Made by a program: the position numbers and the translations under genes. 61,683 nucleotides of DNA from a virus, in IMG/VR virus record IMGVR_UViG_3300045988_126295, positions 1 to 61,683 of that record. One strand, given 5' to 3'. Under the pieces are notes generated by a model, which made no database searches, was not told where the DNA came from, and worked only from the letters and a program-made list of their open reading frames with translations. Shown here piece after piece: positions 9,417 to 15,750 of the stretch. Numbering within the stretch: position 1 is the first letter of the stretch; each line of letters begins with the position of its first letter.

Positions 9417-9463
9417 AGCGGAAGACGGGGCTCAAACCCGCGACCCTCAGCTTGGAAGGCTGA
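9417..9463 (-). other. attP core: copy of the 3' 47 nt of a tRNA-Gly(UCC) gene (anticodon stem to discriminator)
   Basis: Reverse complement reads TCAGC-CTTCCAA-GCTGA GGGTC GCGGG-TTTGAGC-CCCGT CTTCCGC-T. There is no 5' half. It lies 160 nt from the integrase. Confidence 0.65.
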
Positions 9464-9547
9464 ATTTTACATAACATAACTATCTAAAAAACAATAAATT
9501 ACAAACAAAAAATAAATCATTTGCATACTAATTGCATAGTGCTTTCT

Positions 9548-9778
9548 TTACTTATGCAATATCTTTAATTTATGAACTTCCCTGATATCATATACCTTGC
9601 ACTCATTTTTAGGCGTAACCTCTTGGCTTTCTCTTAACATTCTTACTTCGTTTTCAAGGGCATCTACTCTCTTGGACATTATTACATACGCATCCAGAAT
9701 ATCCGATATGTACATTGCTAAGTTGGCATCATTCATAATATAGTTATCGTTTGTTTTTGAAAAGTAAGAAATAAACAA
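9548..9778 (-). CDS. Hypothetical protein, paralog of the 58495..58785 product
   Basis: 76 aa (TTG at 9778, or ATG at 9736). YISDILDAYVIMSKRVDALENEVRMLRE matches YISHLLDAYNIVSGRVDELQEEIKELKR. Confidence 0.5.
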   Translation of the reverse strand: MFISYFSKTNDNYIMNDANLAMYISDILDAYVIMSKRVDALENEVRMLRESQEVTPKNECKVYDIREVHKLKILHK

Positions 9779-9870
9779 GATATGTTATATTATTGTTCTT
9801 AAAATAAACCATGTTTGTAAACATAGTTTTCAATCATAATTTATGATATTTCGAGTATTAAAATCAATTA

Positions 9871-10302
9871 TTACGCACTCTTGGTTGAAGCCTTTCTTTC
9901 GCTTAGCCCAAGCTGTTCTCGCATAATTTCGTTCTGCCCTATTAACTTATCTATCTCGGACTTCATTCTCTCTATTTCGGCCTTTAAATTAGCAATCTCC
10001 TTATCCTTACTTGTTATCGTATCCTTGTACATCTTCTGAGATTGCGATGCAATGTTTTCAGATGTGCTCTTTTCTGTGTCAAGAAACATATCCCCCTTTC
10101 CGGTAAGGATGTAGTTGGCGTTGACTTCGGGGTAGGCTTCGCAAAGCTGAACTATTATATCACCAGATATAGCCTTAGTAACCCCTTTTTTGTAATGGGA
10201 TATTTTAGCTTGTGCGTTTTTCACGCCACAATCTCTTTCAAGCACGTATGGCCCAATATTTAGACCTTCCATAACCTCTAAAAATCGTTCACTTGTAGTC
10301 AT
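9871..10302 (-). CDS. Repressor-like HTH DNA-binding protein with C-terminal coiled coil
   Basis: 143 aa from the ATG at 10302 (the track start at 10416 is TTG inside the promoter). HTH-like N-terminal region VKNAQAKISHYKKGVTKAISGDIIVQL. Divergent from the operator-bearing early promoter. Confidence 0.55.
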   Translation of the reverse strand: MTTSERFLEVMEGLNIGPYVLERDCGVKNAQAKISHYKKGVTKAISGDIIVQLCEAYPEVNANYILTGKGDMFLDTEKSTSENIASQSQKMYKDTITSKDKEIANLKAEIERMKSEIDKLIGQNEIMREQLGLSERKASTKSA

Positions 10303-10339
10303 AGTATAATATTTTAAATTATTTATATTCAAAAAAAGT

Positions 10340-10369
10340 TTTGTACTATAAAATATTATAGTATCTTTG
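10340..10369 (+). promoter_or_regulatory. Early promoter with embedded operator: TTTG - ACTATAAAATATTATAGT - TATCTTTG
   Basis: TTTG at 10340..10343, 16-bp near-palindrome core at 10346..10361, -7 box at 10362..10369. Confidence 0.6.
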
Positions 10370-10446
10370 CACCCGTTGCAAGTCAAGAAGCAACAGATGC
10401 AGATTAAATTAAACAATCGCCCTAACGTGGGCCTCTCTATATGGAA

Positions 10447-10482
10447 ATCCGTTGCCTCTTGACTTTAGCAACGGATTTTTTT
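10447..10482 (+). terminator. Leader terminator (attenuator) 11 nt before the 10493 ATG
   Basis: ATCCGTTGC / GCAACGGAT 9-bp stem, 12-nt loop, then a T7 run. An upstream inverted duplicate (10373..10394) can pair with its 5' arm. Confidence 0.65.
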
Positions 10483-10492
10483 ATGTCAATAT

Positions 10493-11314
10493 ATGAAACA
10501 GACGTTATATTTAAATATAGGACTTGCAGAGCAGGCAATCAATGATAAACGATTTATTGAAGCGCTTGCTTTTTCTGTGCTCGTCAAACTAACGTTTGTT
10601 TCATCAAGAATACAATCGGCTACTGTCAGCAAGTGTAAGGACTTATTTGGTATTGGGTCAACGAGAATGTGCCGTATAATCAATAGCGGCATTGAATACG
10701 GCTTACTGAAACGAGACAATAAAGATCTTGTAGCCACTTCGCTTAAGAGAGAAAAATCATATCATATCAGGTTAGACTTTGAATGTAAGACATATAGTCG
10801 AACAAAAGCTTTGATGAGCGATAGGCCGAAATCAGAGCGAAGCCCGATTGTATGTCAATACTCATTGAAAGATATTATAGACATTATCAGGAAGTCTGTA
10901 TTGCTTAACCATATAAGCAAGCAATCAGACTGTGAAGATACCATTAACATAGCTAAGGGAAACGCGAAGTCTATAAACCAGCTTCGGAAAGCCCGCAAAA
11001 AATGTAAGCGTATGCTACGTACAGATAATGCCTTTACCGGATTGAGTAGAAAGCGTATAATGGATATAACCAAAGTATGTAAGGCGAAAGCCAAACGCCT
11101 TATTGACGGACTGTGTTTAAGTGGACTTGTAAGCAGAGTTGAACAGTCTGTTCGTGTATGCTTAAATTATTCAGACTTTTCTCCAAAGCTGGCAAACAGC
11201 TTTTATAAAGAAACTGGTCTGAATGGTTACTTATACAGGAGTGGTAGCGAGATTCGTTTGCGCGTATCAAACAGGTATGTTTATTCTTGCGATCTGATAA
11301 CGTTTAAACTTTAA
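10493..11314 (+). CDS. Hypothetical early protein (basic, wHTH-like N-terminus)
   Basis: 273 aa. ATG verified. First gene after the attenuated early promoter. Confidence 0.6.
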   Translation: MKQTLYLNIGLAEQAINDKRFIEALAFSVLVKLTFVSSRIQSATVSKCKDLFGIGSTRMCRIINSGIEYGLLKRDNKDLVATSLKREKSYHIRLDFECKTYSRTKALMSDRPKSERSPIVCQYSLKDIIDIIRKSVLLNHISKQSDCEDTINIAKGNAKSINQLRKARKKCKRMLRTDNAFTGLSRKRIMDITKVCKAKAKRLIDGLCLSGLVSRVEQSVRVCLNYSDFSPKLANSFYKETGLNGYLYRSGSEIRLRVSNRYVYSCDLITFKL

Positions 11315-11434
11315 TTTTTATGCCATATTCCCAAAAAAGACCACTAAAAACATAGCGTAGCGTATGCACACGTGACGCGATACGCATCATGCGTATGATT
11401 ATATAATTAATAATTTAATATATACACCAAGACA

Positions 11435-11908
11435 ATGAGTAAATATATAGCATATACAGACGGAGGATGCCAAAACACATCAGTGTACGGGGAAGGCGGT
11501 TCAGCCTATCTGATAATCCATAAGGGAGAAGTTGTAAAAACCGCTTCAAAAGGTTTTCTTTATACAACCAGCAACCGTATGGAGATGCTTGCTATTATAA
11601 GTGCCGTTTGTTCCGTCCCGGAAGGTTCTGATTTAATCGTATATTCAGACAGCAAATATGCAATCAACGTCTTTTCCGGTATTTGGAAGCCGAAGAAAAA
11701 TAGAGATTTGATAATCAAATACAACGAGCGTGTAAAGGCTCTTAGCTCTGTATATTTCCGGTGGATAAAAGGACACAATGGAGACAAATACAATGAATTG
11801 GTTGATTCTATGTGTACAAACTCCATTAATGAGATAGTCCAATTACACAACCTCCCAAATGACAGGTTTAAAAAAGTGAAAGTACAGCTATCCTTTAAAT
11901 TTAATTAA
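11435..11908 (+). CDS. Ribonuclease HI
   Basis: 157 aa. AYTDGGC..., TSNRMEMLAI, VYSDSKYAI, KGHNGDKYNELVD match the RNase H D-E-D-(H)-D signature order. Confidence 0.85.
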   Translation: MSKYIAYTDGGCQNTSVYGEGGSAYLIIHKGEVVKTASKGFLYTTSNRMEMLAIISAVCSVPEGSDLIVYSDSKYAINVFSGIWKPKKNRDLIIKYNERVKALSSVYFRWIKGHNGDKYNELVDSMCTNSINEIVQLHNLPNDRFKKVKVQLSFKFN

Positions 11909-11942
11909 TAACCGATTGTATCAACATTTCAAAGATCGAATT

Positions 11943-12242
11943 ATGAATTACAAAGAATTTAAAAATCCAGTAGTTGCCAAAAGCATGAAAAAGGCAAGGA
12001 AAGCGGCAGAAGTGAACACCCTTAAATGGATGTCTAATGTGTCTGAAGGCCTTGATTCTGAGTTAAAAACGTTGAAACGCCTTTCTGCGCAAATAGCAAA
12101 AGGGGAAATCGCTTTTTCAGAAGATTACAAAGATTGCCCCTCCGCAATCAAAGCCAATATGTCATTGTACGCATCCGATTTGATGAGAATTGCTGCACTT
12201 CTTGAATTTCTTATCATTGAGTCGGAAGAGATCGATGAATAA
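11943..12242 (+). CDS. Hypothetical protein
   Basis: 99 aa from the ATG at 11943 (the track start at 11916 is TTG). Confidence 0.5.
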   Translation: MNYKEFKNPVVAKSMKKARKAAEVNTLKWMSNVSEGLDSELKTLKRLSAQIAKGEIAFSEDYKDCPSAIKANMSLYASDLMRIAALLEFLIIESEEIDE

Positions 12243-12693
12243 TATCTAATATTTTTCCAATATTGGAAGCTAAATCAGATATATTGTTCATTCCGCTTAT
12301 TACGCTATTTATTTTGCCAATTGCAGTTTGGGATAGTTCTTTTTGAACCCTTTCAAGCTGCAATTGCAAATTTTGAAGACCAGCTACATAAGCATCTTTT
12401 TCCATGCAATACCCACCATATTCCTTTTTCTTGTGTATGCCATATAAGAGTTTATACGTATCTCCATATCCGCGTTGCTCTATTAGACCATCCTTTTTAA
12501 ATTCTTCTATAATATTTTTATATTGCCCTTTACTTATATTTAGCAAACAAGACACATCTTTATAATCCAAATGAACTATCTCCTCTTCATCTTTTCTATC
12601 AAGCATCAAATCGATCACAGCATCCATGTTTTCTGATGTAATCAACGTCGGATATTCTTTTTCCTTTTTGGGCATTGATCTAAATCCGTTCAT
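12214..12693 (-). CDS. Putative winged-helix DNA-binding regulator with C-terminal coiled coil
   Basis: 159 aa (alternative ATG at 12675). LNISKGQYKNIIEEFKKDGLIEQRG is wHTH-like. Divergent from a two-operator promoter region. Confidence 0.45.
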   Translation of the reverse strand: MNGFRSMPKKEKEYPTLITSENMDAVIDLMLDRKDEEEIVHLDYKDVSCLLNISKGQYKNIIEEFKKDGLIEQRGYGDTYKLLYGIHKKKEYGGYCMEKDAYVAGLQNLQLQLERVQKELSQTAIGKINSVISGMNNISDLASNIGKILDIIHRSLPTQ

Positions 12694-12747
12694 AACAACA
12701 TAGTAATCAATTGTTTACATAAAATATGTTTTATAACATATTGTTTG

Positions 12748-12801
12748 CTATAAAATATTATAGTATTCCTGTTGTTGCTATAATATTTTATAGTATCTTT
12801 G
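12748..12801 (+). promoter_or_regulatory. Two copies of the 16-bp operator (opposite orientations) plus -7 box TATCTTTG
   Basis: CTATAAAATATTATAG at 12748..12763, CTATAATATTTTATAG at 12778..12793, TATCTTTG at 12794..12801. A further inverted repeat AATATGTT/AACATATT lies at about 12722..12741. Confidence 0.6.
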
Positions 12802-12885
12802 CATTGTTGTTAATCAGCAAAGCGGTTAACAACGTTACAAATCAATGTAGATACAAAGATAATAAAATAAATAAAGAAAACAAAT

Positions 12886-13197
12886 ATGAAGTACGATTTA
12901 TCAGACATAATGAAAAGAGCTCATAACCTTTATAAGACAGGTAAATACACTTGGTCTGAAAGTTTGAGAAAGTCTTGGAAAATGGCAAAGTTTACTCTTC
13001 GTACAAGAGAGGAAATTGCCAACATGGTAGATTATAAATCTATCGACAATAAGGCTTTTGCTGATAAATTGAGAAAAGAGCACGAAGGATGGAAACCAGC
13101 CGAAAGAAGTAAGTATGATGACTTCTCCGCTCCTGTATTGGCTTATTATACAAACAATAATAGAGGACGATTCGGTTCTTGCTTTGTAGGTGATTAA
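12886..13197 (+). CDS. Hypothetical protein
   Basis: 103 aa. ATG verified. First gene after the 12794 promoter. Confidence 0.6.
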   Translation: MKYDLSDIMKRAHNLYKTGKYTWSESLRKSWKMAKFTLRTREEIANMVDYKSIDNKAFADKLRKEHEGWKPAERSKYDDFSAPVLAYYTNNNRGRFGSCFVGD

Positions 13198-13214
13198 TAC
13201 AATAATATATAAAC

Positions 13215-13421
13215 ATGAATGACATTAAAACAGTAGCTGTAAAAAAAATATCTCCGGCAGATACATTGAAGAGTATAAAGGTTGGTGATACGGTGATTAT
13301 AAAGGATAAGCATGTAAAGTCCAATGTGGCCCGATCCACTATATCAAGGTTGTCAAAAAAGGGATACTCTTTTTATTCAAAGAGCTGTCCTGAAGGTTTA
13401 ATAGTAAAAAGACTTCAGTAA
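13215..13421 (+). CDS. Hypothetical protein
   Basis: 68 aa. ATG verified. Close-packed in the operon. Confidence 0.55.
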   Translation: MNDIKTVAVKKISPADTLKSIKVGDTVIIKDKHVKSNVARSTISRLSKKGYSFYSKSCPEGLIVKRLQ

Positions 13422-13433
13422 TATATTATCATT

Positions 13434-13667
13434 ATGAATAACAACGAAGTATTCAAACAGATAGCTGTATTCGCTTTAGGCTTTACAGGATTCTTTTTCC
13501 TTCTCGGAATAGTTGGAAAATCTGATTATAATGAAGAGGTCATATACAATATGACGGAAACGGCTTACAATGTTATTGTAGATTCCCTCGGTGAAGGTTG
13601 CAGCGATACGCAGATCGTGAAGACTTATTTAAGCAACAAAGATTACTACGATAGTTTAAACTGGTAA
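13434..13667 (+). CDS. Hypothetical membrane protein
   Basis: 77 aa with one TM segment (IAVFALGFTGFFFLLGIVG). Confidence 0.55.
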   Translation: MNNNEVFKQIAVFALGFTGFFFLLGIVGKSDYNEEVIYNMTETAYNVIVDSLGEGCSDTQIVKTYLSNKDYYDSLNW

Positions 13668-13670
13668 GGT

Positions 13671-13883
13671 ATGGGACGCTCAAAAAACACCGGAAAGGTA
13701 GAGCCGGTAAACAAACTATGGCTCTCTGCCAAAGAAGCAATGGCATACTTAGGATGTGGAGAAAAACTGTTGGAAAAACTAAGGAATAATGCCGAAATAT
13801 CATTTTCAAAATACGACAGGCGTACTATATGGTACGAACTGAGAAGTCTTGAAAGATTCATAGAAAAAAACCGCGTTGTGTGA
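13671..13883 (+). CDS. Excisionase-type (MerR-like) HTH DNA-binding protein
   Basis: 70 aa. LWLSAKEAMAYLGCGEKLLEKLRNNAEI fits the small phage excisionase / HTH_17 pattern. Confidence 0.55.
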   Translation: MGRSKNTGKVEPVNKLWLSAKEAMAYLGCGEKLLEKLRNNAEISFSKYDRRTIWYELRSLERFIEKNRVV

Positions 13884-13893
13884 ATAACGCTCC

Positions 13894-14006
13894 TTCCTCT
13901 TAGCTCAACGGTTAGAGCATCGCTAAGGTTATTTGTTCGTAAGGGTTTAGCGTTTCCGGTCTGTTCCGGTTAGCGATTGTTGCACGTTCGATTCGTGCAG
14001 AGGAAG
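13894..14006 (+). ncRNA. tRNA-like element with canonical acceptor, D and T arms but a 43-nt insertion where the anticodon loop should be
   Basis: Acceptor TTCCTCT/AGAGGAA (7 bp perfect). TA plus GCTC-AACGGTTA-GAGC. Stem TCGCTAA (13920-26) / TTAGCGA (13970-76). Variable TTGTT. T arm GCACG-TTCGATT-CGTGC. Discriminator G. Confidence 0.6.
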
Positions 14007-14400
14007 CAAGATACACCGTTCTTTGACGTGTTGAATGTGAAACAAAGTTTGAATATCTGATATTCGGATTTGTTTCAATATAACTAAGGATTACGTATAG
14101 CGGAAACGCCGAAACTACGTATAGGCTTGGTTATCGTGATTGTTTCTCGCACCGAAATGTCCTACGGTAGAGAAGTATGCGGTTTGGGCGCCCGTATCGC
14201 GAGAAACAACAGGTCATAAAGACAACATAAGCGTCCGATATAGTCTTAAATCGGTATAAAGTATGCGGTGGGAATGAAAGGCGGCCGTACACGCTTATTA
14301 TATATATTCTCGTGGCTCACCATAAGGCGAGTGGTAAGGCTTAACATCGGAACGCTCACGAGAACTGAATTATCCTATGGATGAATTATTTGTTTAGGTT

Positions 14401-14432
14401 GCCGGGCGGTCTGAGAAGATAGTCCGGTTTTT
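14401..14432 (+). terminator. Intrinsic terminator closing the structured RNA locus
   Basis: CCGGGCGGTCT-GAGA-AGATAGTCCGG hairpin (about 10 pairs, GAGA tetraloop) followed by TTTTT. Confidence 0.55.
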
Positions 14433-14592
14433 AGTTGGAAATCATCAATAACAATATAAATAACCGCAATAAGGTAGTGCTATTACTGTACTAAAAGCCG
14501 CGAGATAAACGAAGTGCGCACCGTTTTGATTTAACCTTGTACAGGCGGTTCAATAGAGAAAATAGTTATTCAATAATAATAGATTACAATAT

Positions 14593-15486
14593 ATGAATTA
14601 CGGAATGCCCTACATGGGTTCAAAATCAAAAATTGCAAAATGGATTGTGGATATGCTTCCTGCGGCCCATACATGGGTTGAACCATTTGCCGGAGGATGT
14701 GCAGTAACTCATGCGGCCATCCTTTCCGGAAAGTATAAAAAATTTATCATTAACGACATAACAGATAGCGCAAAAGTATTCGTTGATGCTATAAATGGTA
14801 AGTTTAAAAACGAAAATAGATGGATAAGCCGAAGCGATTTTTTAGAACTCAAAGATGAAGATGCTTATGTTCGATTGTGTTTTTCTTTCGGTAACGATCA
14901 AAAAACATATTGCTATTCACGAGAAATAGAGCCTTATAAACGTGCATTTCATTATGCAGTTATGTTTAATGATTTTAAGCCGTTTGAGGATCTCGGGATT
15001 AAATTAAATATAAGCAAAACGTTTAACAGTGATTATGAAAGAAGGATTCATATAAAAAGGCATCTTATTGCAATAAGAAAAGACAAACACGCTGGATATT
15101 TGCAGAGTTTGGAGAGGTTGGAGAGGTTGCAGAGGTTGCAGAGTTTGCAGAGTTTGGAGAGGTTGCATCCCCTGCAATTAGATTACAGGGATGTTCCGAT
15201 TCCAAAAAACGATTACATTGTGTATTGCGATCCGCCATACGTGAACACAAATGCTTATCTAAGCAGTTTTAATCACGATGAATTCTACAAATGGGCTTTA
15301 AGTATTAAGAATTTGTTTATTTCCGAATATGAAATGCCCGAACCTTTTAAGAGAATAGAGATGAGGAGGAAGACGTGTACTTTCTCTGCGTTAAAAAATG
15401 ATACGAAGAAAGAGGAAGGTATATGGGTTAACAAAAAATACGCAGAAAGAAACACAAGCCTGTCAATGCCTATTTTCAATAAGTAA
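14593..15486 (+). CDS. dam: DNA adenine methyltransferase (Dam / D12 class)
   Basis: 297 aa. MPYMGSKSKIAKWI, EPFAGGCAV (motif I), YCDPPYVNT (motif IV DPPY). Confidence 0.85.
   Translation: MNYGMPYMGSKSKIAKWIVDMLPAAHTWVEPFAGGCAVTHAAILSGKYKKFIINDITDSAKVFVDAINGKFKNENRWISRSDFLELKDEDAYVRLCFSFGNDQKTYCYSREIEPYKRAFHYAVMFNDFKPFEDLGIKLNISKTFNSDYERRIHIKRHLIAIRKDKHAGYLQSLERLERLQRLQSLQSLERLHPLQLDYRDVPIPKNDYIVYCDPPYVNTNAYLSSFNHDEFYKWALSIKNLFISEYEMPEPFKRIEMRRKTCTFSALKNDTKKEEGIWVNKKYAERNTSLSMPIFNK
15100..15171 (+). repeat. In-frame 9-bp tandem repeat (TTGSAGAGK, 7 units plus 1 degenerate) inside the methylase gene
   Basis: ttgcagagt ttggagagg ttggagagg ttgcagagg ttgcagagt ttgcagagt ttggagagg ttgcatccc encodes LQS LER LER LQR LQS LQS LER LHP. 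Confidence 0.9.
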
Positions 15487-15494
15487 AAAAAATA

Positions 15495-15731
15495 ATGGAA
15501 AATGAACTTGAAGAATTATATAAGGAACTGAACAAAGTTAAGTCCTCCCCATTGGCGTATCTTCCTGAATACGGATATTCTTCAAAGGAGGAAATTATTC
15601 AGCTTATAGAGGAAGATATAGAGGAGTTGCGCACAGAGATAGAATGTAGTCAATACGATTACACACCTGATGAGCTTGAAGAAGAAAGAATGAGCCTTTG
15701 TGTCAGTCAGGGGTTATCAAGATATTGTTAA
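15495..15731 (+). CDS. Hypothetical acidic protein
   Basis: 78 aa, Glu-rich. ATG verified. Confidence 0.55.
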   Translation: MENELEELYKELNKVKSSPLAYLPEYGYSSKEEIIQLIEEDIEELRTEIECSQYDYTPDELEEERMSLCVSQGLSRYC

Positions 15732-15750
15732 ACTAATAAATATAGAAATA

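Larger units (their letters stand above)
13894..14432 (+). ncRNA. Candidate large structured ncRNA (class unassigned) ending in an intrinsic terminator
   Basis: About 710 bp with no ORF of 60 aa or more on either strand. Long-range helices: 14038-46/14069-77, 14140-50/14199-209 (11 bp), 14229-34/14291-96, 14307-14/14357-64. GNRA loops are present (GCG-GAAA-CGC at 14100-09). Confidence 0.5.

Noticed and set aside
12726-12926. 66-aa plus-strand ORF across the 12.7-kb intergenic region
   Set aside because: It spans the two operators and the -7 box and overlaps the well-supported ATG at 12886 in another frame. The sequence is better explained as regulatory DNA.
15100-15171. CRISPR-like or other non-coding repeat array
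   Set aside because: The units are 9 bp, contiguous with no spacers, and in frame within the methylase ORF. No CRISPR array, cas gene or reverse transcriptase (DGR/retron) ORF was seen anywhere in the window.
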